DNA of 64,000 nucleotides from the IMG/VR virus record IMGVR_UViG_3300031368_000001, positions 32,001 to 96,000 of that record. One strand, given 5' to 3'. The stretch comes from a virus. A model generated the notes under the pieces. It was given only the letters and a program-made list of their open reading frames with translations, was not told the DNA's origin and searched no databases. Shown here piece by piece: positions 51,808 through 62,672 of this stretch (the first letter of the stretch is position 1; each line of letters starts with the position of its first letter). Made by a program: the position numbers and the translations under genes.

Positions 51808-52665
51808 TCATGATAACTCCGCATAGTCATTTTTTGATGTTGCTCCCTTAATCTCTTCCCAATCTCTGACTTCTCTAACTCGCTGATTAACTTTTTCAGC
51901 AGCTCGAGCCATATCTACTTCAAGATTGTGTTCTTCTGCCCATCTTATGAAAGCATTAATATCTTTAGGAAAACATTTACCGCCCCAACCACGATAGGAA
52001 TCAAATCCAGGAACATCAGTATGGCTATTACCAATTCTAAAATCTGCTAACCACATATTTCTCAGTTCATCGTAAGGCACACCAATACTTTTTGTAATAT
52101 CATACATTTCATTAAGAAACGAAATCTTAACAGAAAAGAAAATATTTGCCATGTATTTTACAACCTCAGCTCCTTCCCATGTTGTTCTGAATATCGGTGT
52201 ATGCGAAAATCTAGTTCTGTATACTTCTTCAAGTTTTCCCAAAACATAATTATCATTTCCTCCAATAATGATTCTTGAAGTATTAATGAAATCAAGCTTT
52301 GCAGAACGTTCAGTTAGGAACTCAGGATTAAAAATAAGTATATGATTTTTATATTTTTCAGCATAAGAACGGGTAGTTCCTGGTACTACAGTACTTTTAA
52401 TTACTATATTTTTCTGACTGAAAGCTACTCTATTAATTTCTTCAATGGTACTATCTATACTGGATAAATCTTGACTTCCATCTAAATTCATTGGAGTGGG
52501 AAGACAAAGAAATAAAAAATCTGACTCATTCACAGTTACATAAAATGGATCATAAAAATCTGAATATTTATCAAAAATTTTAATATCAGCATGCAGAGCA
52601 AAGCCATGACTGATTGCTGAACCAACAAAACCAAAACCGATTATTCCAATTCTGGGTTTTTTCAT
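51808..52665 (-). CDS. ugd: UDP-glucose/GDP-mannose 6-dehydrogenase (short form)
   Basis: GFGFVG, LPTP, IKSTVVPGTT, NPEFL, KYMAN, GGKCFPKD. Confidence 0.9.
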   Translation of the reverse strand: MKKPRIGIIGFGFVGSAISHGFALHADIKIFDKYSDFYDPFYVTVNESDFLFLCLPTPMNLDGSQDLSSIDSTIEEINRVAFSQKNIVIKSTVVPGTTRSYAEKYKNHILIFNPEFLTERSAKLDFINTSRIIIGGNDNYVLGKLEEVYRTRFSHTPIFRTTWEGAEVVKYMANIFFSVKISFLNEMYDITKSIGVPYDELRNMWLADFRIGNSHTDVPGFDSYRGWGGKCFPKDINAFIRWAEEHNLEVDMARAAEKVNQRVREVRDWEEIKGATSKNDYAELS

Positions 52666-52927
52666 ATTTTCTCCTCTATCCTTGTAATTCTACAATTTCT
52701 TTACCACTTCTTTTTGCTTCATCTTCACTCAACAATTTACCAGTGCCAGAATCAATGTCTTCTATCGCTCCACAATCAGCACATTTCATGAGTTTTCCTT
52801 TCATACGATTATCAAAAGCTTTTATCTCTTGATCCATCTCATTACCATCAGCCATTCCACCAGCTAACGGACTACCACATTTCATACAAAAAACATCCCA
52901 AGGCATTATGCTGCCTCCTTAATGATT

Positions 52928-53332
52928 TTAAATGTATGATTCATATCTTTTCATTAAATCAGGATCAGCCTTTCCGCTAAATTCTCCTAGTAATCTGTAA
53001 GAATCTTCCTCAAAATGTTGAGTAGAAATTTCTAGGATTTTAGCATGTGTTAGTCCTGTGAAACGATGTAAAAGAAATGGACGTATTCTAACTACATCGC
53101 CTTCTTGAATTACTTTAATAAGATTATCTAAGTATATATTACTACTTAATTCCATAATAATCTTACCTTCCAAAATATAGAATGTTTCATCTTTAATTTT
53201 GTGATAATGTAGACTACATCTCCGACCTTTATTTAGATAGAGAATTTTACCACAATACAAAGAAGTGTTAACAATCCATTTTTCATAACCCCAAACTTTC
53301 TTGTGGATTTCACTCATATGAATGAAAATCAA
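52928..53332 (-). CDS. Cupin (sugar isomerase-like)
   Basis: KVWGYEKWI...CSLHYHKIKDETFYIL...HRF...EIST. Confidence 0.85.
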   Translation of the reverse strand: MIFIHMSEIHKKVWGYEKWIVNTSLYCGKILYLNKGRRCSLHYHKIKDETFYILEGKIIMELSSNIYLDNLIKVIQEGDVVRIRPFLLHRFTGLTHAKILEISTQHFEEDSYRLLGEFSGKADPDLMKRYESYI

Positions 53333-53352
53333 TAAATTCTAATGTAATTTTT

Positions 53353-55962
53353 TTAGGCATTTAAACACAACCTCTCAATTTCCTCTACCCACCTTGTTGG
53401 ATCATAGTTTTTCCGCATATGTTCCTTTGCAGCAGCACCCATGCTATAACATAGATCAGTCTTACGTTCAAGAGTCTTCAGATGAAGAAGAATTTCGTCA
53501 TAATGGCAGAAATAAAAACCCGTCTTGCCATGTTGCACCCGATCAGCAGGCCCATCACGATTTTCCACTATGGGACATAAACCCGTTGCCATTCCTTCTA
53601 TCAGCCCCCTTGGAAGATTATCACGCCAAGCATTTGAAGTTCTGTAAAAATATACATGTCCACGTTCTAAAAAATGTTCTACGCTCATCGAATCCCATTT
53701 ATGGAAAACCATTTGGGGATTATTCGGAAAAGCATTCACTAGTTCTTTATGAGCTTCCATAAACTCAAAACGCACATTGTTTTTTAGGTCTTTTAATAAT
53801 CGTTTATAGAGTTTTTTATCGGTTTCTTTGTCGAACTTCTTTTGCCACAAATGTATTTTTTTACCCTGATTCACACTTTCCTCTGTTGTATATTTCCTAT
53901 AATCTGGCATGCAATGTTTCAAAATAACAAATGGATCTCCTTTTTCTCGTTTTTGAACAGTTAATTCTAGATAGCGATTTATATCCACAGCTCCAAAGAG
54001 AACTATCAGTTCCGTCCCTACTTGTTCGCCGAGCTGGTCTTTTATATACTCATTTTTCTTTTCTTCATTCTGAAAAATCACCGCTCTCAACTTCCCACTC
54101 TTATGCAACCACCTACATTTTGGTAATCCAGCATTAATATAGTTAATCCCTACAATCAGCATCGAACTCTTTCCAACAATTTCCTCTCCTTGTTCCAAAA
54201 ACCTTCCAATCTGATCATTAGCATAGAAAAGAAGCGGTACATTATTTACCATATTTTTTAGCATTCCGCCTTTAGCCACAATTTTATCTCCAATATTTTT
54301 ACTTTCAATATATTGTCTAAAAGTATATTTACTTTTCTTGATACTTTTATAATTTTCATGCACAGGTCCCCAAGGATAAAAATTAACTTTCCAGCCAGCT
54401 TTTCTTAAAAGCTTAACAATCATACACGCACTTTGTTCTCCGCCTCCCTTACTACTAAGCGAGGCGAGCACATTAATTTCTTTCTCCACACTTCTCTCTA
54501 CCACCTTACTTTTCACCAATTCAACTTTAGTCTTTTTCGATGTTACTGGATTCATATAGGTGTAGATATCACCATCATAATATTTCTCGATGGCTCGAAT
54601 AACATCCTTGGCCGTTATAGAATCCATACAAGCAGGAATGGTTCGTCCTTCTACTGTTACCGGAAGTTTACAAAATCTTTTGTTCCTAGATGGATTCGTC
54701 TGGAGTGGCGTTACGCGAGATTCCCAACAACCCCCATTATCACAACAGCTCCAAGCCCCATTCGTATGCAAAACCTGATGGTTACAATAAGCCGTAAAAG
54801 AAGTTGGCTCCCGTCCACCATAAATGGCTACACATGGTTTTCGTTCTAATCTCCATCTTGGTGGAACTGCCGCAGCTAAATGCATAAGAAAAGTTACACC
54901 TGATACACACCCCTCTGCATGATAAACAAGAGGAAACATTCCTCTAACATCATTATTAAACTTATCAGTTAAATCTATTACGTTTTTGAGTTTTTCTATT
55001 ATGTGATCACTTCGTCCAATTACCACAAATTTTATCATTCCCTCGAAATAATCTATAACTTCCTGAAATCTTCGGTAATCCCAAATTTTACAAGTACAGT
55101 CTGACTTACCACCGGGAGCTACAATCCAGTATTTTATGTTCTCCCCATAAATATCAGTTATCATATTATAAGATTTTTCTTTTTCGGTGAGGTGAATATC
55201 TCCGCGCTGACGAGCAAATACACTACAGAATTTATCATTCTTACCAAAGACATCCTGAAGTTTCCGAGGTAGCCAATCAAGGCCTCCGGATGGTTTACGC
55301 TTGCTGTATTTAGCCAACCAATTTTTTACTTTTTCTGATTCCTCAGAATTCTTATCAGAGACCCCTAAATCATAATCTCCTACTTCTCCTCCGGAAAATG
55401 TAGCGGTAAATTCTCCGATGGACATAGGTAATGATTCATGAGCATCTACATCTGCAATCATGTTGAGAAGAAAACCCATTGTAAAATGGGTATAGGAGTT
55501 ATTTGAATTATTGATAATGGGATAGCCAACCTTGTAGAATTCTACTCCTGGATCGTCTTTTTTTAAAGATGTGTCAATATATGGATTATTTTCCCAGACA
55601 GCAGGGAAATTATTTTCTATGTTGATTTGGATATCAGGAAATAATAATTTAAAGTCGCGGACCCCCGCAGAAAACATGAGAGCATCGCCTATGGCACGGC
55701 CATGACCGAAGACAATTTTTCGTGGTGGGATAGATTTTATTTTGATATTTTTTAGAAGACCTAGTGGATCTACAGGAATTGGAATGTTAGGGGTTGGAAC
55801 ATCAGGGGTTGGAACATCAGGGGTTAGAATGTCAGGAAGTTCTTTTTTCCCGATGGATTTAACCTTGATAAATTTTATTTCGGTAGGTTTATTTCCGACT
55901 TGTACTTTTTCCAAGGACTCAGGATGCTTCGTTCCCGCTGTCCTCTTCATTTTCAATTTCAA
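53353..55962 (-). CDS. GT9-like + GT-B fusion glycosyltransferase
   Basis: AIGDALM, KIWDYRRFQ, VIDLT, MHLAAA, Cys cluster CCDNGGCW..C..CM; second domain GGGEQS...DNLPRGLIEGMATG..GPAD. Confidence 0.85.
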   Translation of the reverse strand: MKLKMKRTAGTKHPESLEKVQVGNKPTEIKFIKVKSIGKKELPDILTPDVPTPDVPTPNIPIPVDPLGLLKNIKIKSIPPRKIVFGHGRAIGDALMFSAGVRDFKLLFPDIQINIENNFPAVWENNPYIDTSLKKDDPGVEFYKVGYPIINNSNNSYTHFTMGFLLNMIADVDAHESLPMSIGEFTATFSGGEVGDYDLGVSDKNSEESEKVKNWLAKYSKRKPSGGLDWLPRKLQDVFGKNDKFCSVFARQRGDIHLTEKEKSYNMITDIYGENIKYWIVAPGGKSDCTCKIWDYRRFQEVIDYFEGMIKFVVIGRSDHIIEKLKNVIDLTDKFNNDVRGMFPLVYHAEGCVSGVTFLMHLAAAVPPRWRLERKPCVAIYGGREPTSFTAYCNHQVLHTNGAWSCCDNGGCWESRVTPLQTNPSRNKRFCKLPVTVEGRTIPACMDSITAKDVIRAIEKYYDGDIYTYMNPVTSKKTKVELVKSKVVERSVEKEINVLASLSSKGGGEQSACMIVKLLRKAGWKVNFYPWGPVHENYKSIKKSKYTFRQYIESKNIGDKIVAKGGMLKNMVNNVPLLFYANDQIGRFLEQGEEIVGKSSMLIVGINYINAGLPKCRWLHKSGKLRAVIFQNEEKKNEYIKDQLGEQVGTELIVLFGAVDINRYLELTVQKREKGDPFVILKHCMPDYRKYTTEESVNQGKKIHLWQKKFDKETDKKLYKRLLKDLKNNVRFEFMEAHKELVNAFPNNPQMVFHKWDSMSVEHFLERGHVYFYRTSNAWRDNLPRGLIEGMATGLCPIVENRDGPADRVQHGKTGFYFCHYDEILLHLKTLERKTDLCYSMGAAAKEHMRKNYDPTRWVEEIERLCLNA

Positions 55963-56158
55963 TATTTGATTCCTTTGCTATACTATTTATTTTTGCATTT
56001 ACAAAACATCCCACTAGAAAGCGATGGCCCAGATACACCTAGATCTGGGCATGAAATCTCTTTGATTCTATGACATTTTTCGCAGAGTATTATTTTGTAT
56101 CCATATCTTTCATAATAAGATTTGTAATATAAAATACCTTCCTCTGAATTAGCTTCCA

Positions 56159-57810
56159 TTAACTTGCCTCTTCTTCAATCTCAATATTTGATTCCTTTGC
56201 TATAACTTTAATAAACTCCGCCATTAATGATTGATTCTTAGTTGGTCCGTGTACATGAAAATGATTGTTTTTATCTAGAGTCACCACAAGGTGTTCCTGG
56301 AGCTGACTTTTTTTGTCAGGCTTGAGTTCTCTTTTATCTGAGCAAAAAGGACAGATCATAGTGTTAAATTTAGATGTTCAAGCTTTCTTCTGGTATTGTA
56401 TAAATTTTCATTCCCTGATCTGAATATGAAACAAGAGAAATTCCTGATACGTAATCCTTGACATTTATTATTCTACATTGAGTTAGTCTGAACATAGCAT
56501 GACATTTATTACATCGTATAAATATTTTTTCCTTGGTTTTATCCACCAATATTGTCATCCTATGTTCTCTATCATTACATATAGGACAAGCAATAGTTAA
56601 TTCTGGTAATTTCTCTTCCATGATTTCTTCCTCAACTACTGGTGGATCAGGCCATTCTTTTGGTCTCTTCATCTTTTTCTCCTTTCAGGATTCTCTTTCA
56701 TAATTCTTTTCCCTGATTTATTTTCAAATAGATTACAAAAATATTTTTTATATCCCATATTTTTTCTGTTAACCTAACAATAAAGCAAACAACTGGAAAA
56801 GTAATCGGAAAAAATAAGATACGAATGATTATTGTAATTATTTTACTTATAACCCTGACTTTTTTTTGATAGTATTTTTTCCACTCTCGAATAAGATATT
56901 TCATATCTTCTCCTCCTCTAAAAAACTACTTACTCACTACCTCCTCACCACTTTCTCCTGGCAAGTAATATTCTCTATCCTTTTCAATGATCTTAGTTCT
57001 CATTAGCTTAAATGTTCCACATTTATCACACTTTATAAAATAAGATTTTACAGAGTAGTCTTTCCCTTTTGCCTTATCCATAAATATCATCATCCTATGT
57101 TTTACATCATTACTCATAGAACATGGAATAAATAATTCTGGGAATTTTATTTCTGGTGGATCAGGCCAGGGATGCGGCCTTTCCATTTTTTCAGAGTTAA
57201 ATGTGTGCTCTTCCATGATCTTCCTTAAATTACGCTGTACCCTTTATAAACTTGTGATAACGATTGATACACCCTAACAAAGTTGAAGCCTTATTCCAAG
57301 CTCTATGTGTATTTGTTACAAAAATTATTTCTCCTTTAGAATTTTTTGATTTCCATACTGCAGGAGTTTCTTCACCATGAGGACCATGATGCCAGACAGC
57401 TTTTCTGTACATCACAATTTTTCGTTCTTCTTCAGTTAGTGGAATTTTGTTTTCTCTCAGGATTTGGTAGGAGGATTTAGGGACTGAAAAATTAAAATGA
57501 GTAGATTTAACTGCTGGTAAATCCTTCTGCATATCAGAATAGTTAGAGCCTGTGCTGATATCCTCGCTAAATGGTTTGATTTGTTCTACCATGGCATAAC
57601 CGATGGTGTTGATTTAGAAGTTGATCGAGCTTCAGCATAAATACATCCAAAATCTGGATCAATAAAAAATCCTTCGCAGTAGACAAGATGAATTAATCCA
57701 GATTCACCACGTATTTTGGGATTTATACAGTCCCATTTAGTATCAGGGTTTTTACCATCAGGGTCTGATAAATCATTTGACTTATAGAATCTACAATCCT
57801 TACATTTCAC
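56159..57810 (-). other. Small ORFs, including paralogs 56370-56672 and 56926-57216 (WPDPP...C..ND..HRM)
   Basis: ORF track and shared motifs. Confidence 0.65.
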
Positions 57811-60800
57811 TTACTTACTACCTCCTCACCGCTCTTTCCTGGCAAATAGTGTATCTTACCTTTTTTATCTATAATCTTTGCTTGAAATACATGATCTTTT
57901 ATGGCCTGCCGTTCTATCTCATCTATAGTCTGAGGTTTCTTGTTTGTTATCCCGAGCATCCTTGGCGCCCATGCACTTAAATCAAAAGTTTTACTTCTGG
58001 CGTCATACGTGACATTGATTGTCTCAGCCTCAATAAGAATTCCAGATCCTTCGGCTGGATTTTCTTTTGTACTAAACGATTTCCCTACATGTACAGCTTT
58101 TTTTCCATTAATTTCTCGAGTATCCTTTTCTTCAATAACTCTATTGCCAGCCAGGATACCATATTCAAGGTTATACACCTCTTTTGTTTTAGTTTCAAGT
58201 GAATTCAACACAGTTGCGGTAAAAATAGTACTTACATGATATTTTATCCAAAGATTCTTTCTCCTATTTTTCAGGTCATAGGAAGAGGAGGCCTGTTTTG
58301 CTACATTTCCTTCAGAACCGTCTAACTTCCTCAATCTTTCCGTCTCTTTTTTCAATTCCTCTCGATTTTCATTTTTTGTATGTGGAATCAAATTCCAATT
58401 ATGTTTCGGATCTGGAAGTTCAGTTTTTTGCGGAAAGTTTAATTTTTGCAGCAGCTCCCGGCGTTCTTCAAACGGGTTTTTATGAATATCTTTATCGTAA
58501 AAAATCATGTCATAGACATTAAGAATAATACCATCTTCATTAGGATTTATTTTATGGATATTACCAGCTGCAACTTCGCGAGGATAGTGCTGACCATCTT
58601 CCCACCATTCTGCTTCAGCTAAGAGAATCATATCATGCCCAGGAGATAACTTTTTGGCTTCTTCAATAGTCTGAGGGAAAGAACTAGTTTCGTCAACACC
58701 ATCCTCTGTATAAACTATTACTTTACCATCTTTCGAGATGTGCCATTCTGTGTTTATACCATCGGCCTTCCTGGAAGAATTATGCGCTATAACTCCAGGA
58801 ATATAACTTTCATCTTCAGTTTGGATGTTAAAAAGTTCTTCCTTATTTCTTGAAAGAAATTCGATGTCTAATATCGGAATCCAAAAATACTCTTCATCAT
58901 CCCACCATTTCTGATAAGATCTTAATGGAGGATCTTTGATTTCTGGCCATTTAATTCGTTCAATTTGTTTTCCAGTTACTACAACTTCCCATCCACCCAG
59001 AGAGCTACTTTTATAGCCATTCAGTTCAAAACTTTTAGGTGAAGTTCGATATTTTACAGCTAGAAGGTTTAATTGATTTAGTAGTACCAAAAGTTGATTA
59101 GCAATAGTTTCTGAATGAGTTGAAAAACGAAAACCCGAGGCATGTAATGCACCATCACCTCGCCAATATCCATATAGAAATGCTAAAAGTTGTTCTTTAG
59201 AGAGATGAAATACGAAATCTGGAATTTTTTTATTTCGAGCACCAGTATTAAACAATTTGGCAAACGCCCTTGAGAGAACTGTTGAATTAAGCTGTATTCT
59301 ACAAGCATGATCTAAATAATAAATCTTTGGAGAACGAAAATATTTCTCACATAAATAACTTGTTTCTTCAATTAAATCAGTTTCATGTAGACCAAATGAA
59401 AACCCAATACCTTTTCCTCCCCCTGCATCTCCTTCAGCTAAATATAAACCAAACAGCCTATAGAGATCAGATTCTCCGTGAATTCTAAAATTAAAAAAAT
59501 CAATAACTTCATTTTTTTGAATATAACCCTTGCCTCGAGTTAAACTTTTCAATCCAGATATTTTTGCGAAATTAAAAGAGAATTTTTTTATTTGATTCCT
59601 GATTTTTGGTATAGCAAGAAAATCACCAGTTTCAAGAGAATTAGCTTCTATCCACTTAGCTTTATAATTTTTATATCGATGCTGACATCCGTACTTCTGC
59701 TCACCACAATTTTTTCTACAGACAAGATGTTTACGATTAGACCATGAACATTTTTGAGATTTGATTGCCAAAAATTTGTGATCAGCAGAGCAGATAAGTG
59801 GATCTTGTTGATTTAATAATTTAATTTTTCGTAGAGAGCGATCATCTATAGTTGAAAATATCCCTAACACTTCTTGCAATTTTCCAGACTTGGAATAAAC
59901 TTTATCACCAATTTGTATCTCTTGAATTTTTTTGAATTTTTTGCCCCAGACTATTGTATCTCTATGAAAACAATATACAGGAAATTGGTCATCAGTCCAG
60001 AGTGAAAGAAAGGATTCAAGCGATTGAGCTTGACCTGGCAAAAATCCGCGTTTTGGCTTCATGGCTAAAATAAACTCATTAAAAGTAACTTTATCATTTT
60101 TTGCTGCTTTGTTTGCTTCAGCTTGTTGCTTATTAGTATTCTTTGTTCTTAGTTTTATCTCAGCTTTCACATCCAACTCTCCGACATCTAACTCTTCCAT
60201 CTTCACAATCTCTGCATCAGGAATTCTTTCCATGATTAGACGATAAAGTGGAAGATAGCTTGTAAACGGGCTCATCCCTCCTTTTTCTTCTGTAAGTAAT
60301 TGTAATCTATTTTGTAAATTTTTGGGAAACATTCGATGAATTCTAAATTCAATAATTCGTTTAAGTTCCTCTTCAGATGGAATAGTCAAGAGAATATCCG
60401 CATCATTCTTTGTTCCTTCCGGATGAGTAATTATTCCTCCGACTATCCATGATACTGGATCACATACCTCAAAATCTTTGAAGTAAGGTTCAATATCTTT
60501 AAGTTGTATTACCGTTCCTAATTTTTCTCCACTGGGACCAACCGGGGCGTACTCTGCATCTTTCTCCGGTAAAGGCAAAATTTCTTTAACTTTATCGTGG
60601 TTAATTTTTTCAATTTGGTAAATAGCTTTTTCTTTATGATTATCACACACTGGAATAAAAGCTCGTCCTTCTGCCCAAACAATTGCTAGTGTAGCAGACT
60701 TGCTGCAGTATTTGCATTTATGCGGTCTTTGCAAAGAACTCTCTCGAAATGTATGCTCAGTTGGAATAATTGGTAATGTCTTAATTTTCGCTATCTCACT

Positions 60801-61022
60801 CAGCATTTTTGCTTCAAGATCGAGATCAGTTTCTTTAAATGGCAAAGACTTTTTTCGTTTTTTGAGCTCTGCTTTAATTAACAGAAATTTATTTATAATT
60901 TTTTCATCCTGGGAATTAAGATGATCAGCTTTCCATTTAGTATAATCTTCACGGAGTTTCTCAACCTCTGCTCTTAGTTGGGTGACTGACTTTTTAGTGT
61001 CTGATAATTCATCAAGATTCAT
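57807..61022 (-). CDS. ATP-dependent DNA ligase with N-terminal extensions and an intein
   Basis: Motif I S-R-K-A-D-G, LLAEAE, VYDMIFY..PFEERRELL, EGNVAK, WIKY. Confidence 0.85.
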   Translation of the reverse strand: MNLDELSDTKKSVTQLRAEVEKLREDYTKWKADHLNSQDEKIINKFLLIKAELKKRKKSLPFKETDLDLEAKMLSEIAKIKTLPIIPTEHTFRESSLQRPHKCKYCSKSATLAIVWAEGRAFIPVCDNHKEKAIYQIEKINHDKVKEILPLPEKDAEYAPVGPSGEKLGTVIQLKDIEPYFKDFEVCDPVSWIVGGIITHPEGTKNDADILLTIPSEEELKRIIEFRIHRMFPKNLQNRLQLLTEEKGGMSPFTSYLPLYRLIMERIPDAEIVKMEELDVGELDVKAEIKLRTKNTNKQQAEANKAAKNDKVTFNEFILAMKPKRGFLPGQAQSLESFLSLWTDDQFPVYCFHRDTIVWGKKFKKIQEIQIGDKVYSKSGKLQEVLGIFSTIDDRSLRKIKLLNQQDPLICSADHKFLAIKSQKCSWSNRKHLVCRKNCGEQKYGCQHRYKNYKAKWIEANSLETGDFLAIPKIRNQIKKFSFNFAKISGLKSLTRGKGYIQKNEVIDFFNFRIHGESDLYRLFGLYLAEGDAGGGKGIGFSFGLHETDLIEETSYLCEKYFRSPKIYYLDHACRIQLNSTVLSRAFAKLFNTGARNKKIPDFVFHLSKEQLLAFLYGYWRGDGALHASGFRFSTHSETIANQLLVLLNQLNLLAVKYRTSPKSFELNGYKSSSLGGWEVVVTGKQIERIKWPEIKDPPLRSYQKWWDDEEYFWIPILDIEFLSRNKEELFNIQTEDESYIPGVIAHNSSRKADGINTEWHISKDGKVIVYTEDGVDETSSFPQTIEEAKKLSPGHDMILLAEAEWWEDGQHYPREVAAGNIHKINPNEDGIILNVYDMIFYDKDIHKNPFEERRELLQKLNFPQKTELPDPKHNWNLIPHTKNENREELKKETERLRKLDGSEGNVAKQASSSYDLKNRRKNLWIKYHVSTIFTATVLNSLETKTKEVYNLEYGILAGNRVIEEKDTREINGKKAVHVGKSFSTKENPAEGSGILIEAETINVTYDARSKTFDLSAWAPRMLGITNKKPQTIDEIERQAIKDHVFQAKIIDKKGKIHYLPGKSGEEVVSK
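58779..59972 (-). mobile_element. Intein with LAGLIDADG homing endonuclease (398 aa)
   Basis: N-terminal CFHRDT, block B CSADHKF, GLYLAEG and GYWRGDG motifs, C-terminal HN followed by Ser. Confidence 0.92.
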
Positions 61023-62659
61023 TATTTTTTTAACTCCTCCACTAATTGTTTTAATGCCTCACCAAAGACCTCCTCGATATTTTCAGGCTTAATCCTTACT
61101 TCTATATAGGTCTTGACTTTTTTTGCCAGTCTGAATGCTTTTTTATCATCAAATTTATCTTTTAGTATTTTTTTGATGGGGCCTACATTTATGGGCTCTG
61201 GAGATTGTTTTCTCTCATAATTTTTCAACACAGAACTCTTTACACGTTCAAAAGTTTTCTTAAGCTCTGCAGTAACTTCGGTTTCTTCTGGAACTATTTC
61301 CTTTTTTGGTTTTTCCGGAACTATCTTTTTTTCCGGAACTATCTTTTCTTCCGGAATTATTGGTGCACCTATTAGCTCTTCAGGAACTTCTTCAGGAACT
61401 TCTTCAGGAACTTCTTCAGGAATTGGTTCCGTTGGCTTTTCAGGAATCTTAGCTATCGGTACTTTCTTTCTAGCAATCTCTGTATCTTTTCCAGTAAATG
61501 TTTTCATTATAAACTGAGGATAGATATCGGTAACAAAATTGAAGTCAACGAGTCTCCTTACCAGTTGTTGCTGTATTACATCCGAAATTTCAACTACATC
61601 TGCCTCTACCCTCTCACGTCTGACTTCAGAGTGCGCCCTAGATAATGCATAAGAACCGCGCCTGCCTTCTTCCACGGTCTGAGTTGCACCAAGTATAGCT
61701 TTTGATATTTCAGCATTGCATGCATCGGCAAGATCTCGATAAGAAACAGTTCCTGCATGAGAAGCTTCCAGAAAAGAAATATTCATTCCATCTGGAATTA
61801 TTATTCCAGTCTCTTCCTGAATTGTTTCTACTATATCAAGGAGTTTTGTTTGCTCCGAGGGCTTTGTACTCTTTGGATATTTTCCAACTGCAGTTGGTGT
61901 ACCATATTTATTAAGGAAAACAATCCAGGATTTCCATCCTTCTTTCTTAAACCAGTAAAAGTAATAACATGGTTTAAAAGCAGCTTTTCCATATAAATTA
62001 TCTTCAGCATCATAAGCAAAATGAATAATTTTTTCCCAGGGAACAGGTTTACCCCGCATTACCGAATCTCCAAAAAGAACTACGCTCTCATCAGATTTAT
62101 GCCAACGTTTATCTTTGAAAAACCAATATTTTTGTTTGTGAAAAAGTAGCTCATCAAGCATATACTTGCCTTTCCATCTTCCTTTTTCAACTAACTTCCA
62201 TACAATTTCCAGGATAGAAAATCCCTTACCAATTGCATCGAGAAGTTGTTTAATGTCCTCTGCAAAAGTACCTTTACAATCATCAATCGCGGTAAAAACA
62301 AAATCAGCAATTTCTCTTGCCCGATCACTATCATCACCAGGATAAATTTCCCATGGTGTCATTGCTATAGCAAGTTTACGAGTTTGATATACAGAATAAA
62401 CATGGGTATCCTTAGCCTCCATCTCATCATAAATTTTAACCCCTTGTTTTTTCAGGATTTCATCTGGATTTGCATCAGCAGCTCCCAGAATTCCAGCCAT
62501 GCTTTTTATGCTGGTAGTATCAATTGTATCTGTGGGAGGTTTCTTGATATCTGCTGTTTTATCAGATTTTGTTTTGTCAGATTCTTTGAATCGTGATAAT
62601 AATCCTTTTGATAATAGCCCCTTTGGTAAAAAATTCACAAACGTTGAGCGGAGTGTCAT
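61022..62659 (-). CDS. Portal protein (DUF935/Mu gp29-like)
   Basis: DAIGKGFSILEIVW, KYGTPTAVGKY, EISKAILGATQT, GSYALSRAH; Pro/Glu-rich tail. Confidence 0.92.
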   Translation of the reverse strand: MTLRSTFVNFLPKGLLSKGLLSRFKESDKTKSDKTADIKKPPTDTIDTTSIKSMAGILGAADANPDEILKKQGVKIYDEMEAKDTHVYSVYQTRKLAIAMTPWEIYPGDDSDRAREIADFVFTAIDDCKGTFAEDIKQLLDAIGKGFSILEIVWKLVEKGRWKGKYMLDELLFHKQKYWFFKDKRWHKSDESVVLFGDSVMRGKPVPWEKIIHFAYDAEDNLYGKAAFKPCYYFYWFKKEGWKSWIVFLNKYGTPTAVGKYPKSTKPSEQTKLLDIVETIQEETGIIIPDGMNISFLEASHAGTVSYRDLADACNAEISKAILGATQTVEEGRRGSYALSRAHSEVRRERVEADVVEISDVIQQQLVRRLVDFNFVTDIYPQFIMKTFTGKDTEIARKKVPIAKIPEKPTEPIPEEVPEEVPEEVPEELIGAPIIPEEKIVPEKKIVPEKPKKEIVPEETEVTAELKKTFERVKSSVLKNYERKQSPEPINVGPIKKILKDKFDDKKAFRLAKKVKTYIEVRIKPENIEEVFGEALKQLVEELKK

Positions 62660-62672
62660 GATAGTACCTCCA

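Noticed and set aside
61300-61420. PEEV/IVPEKK repeats in the portal tail, plus short duplications at ~8060, 8460, 22077, 23070 and 30752
   Set aside because: Low-complexity slippage repeats with no evidence of separate function
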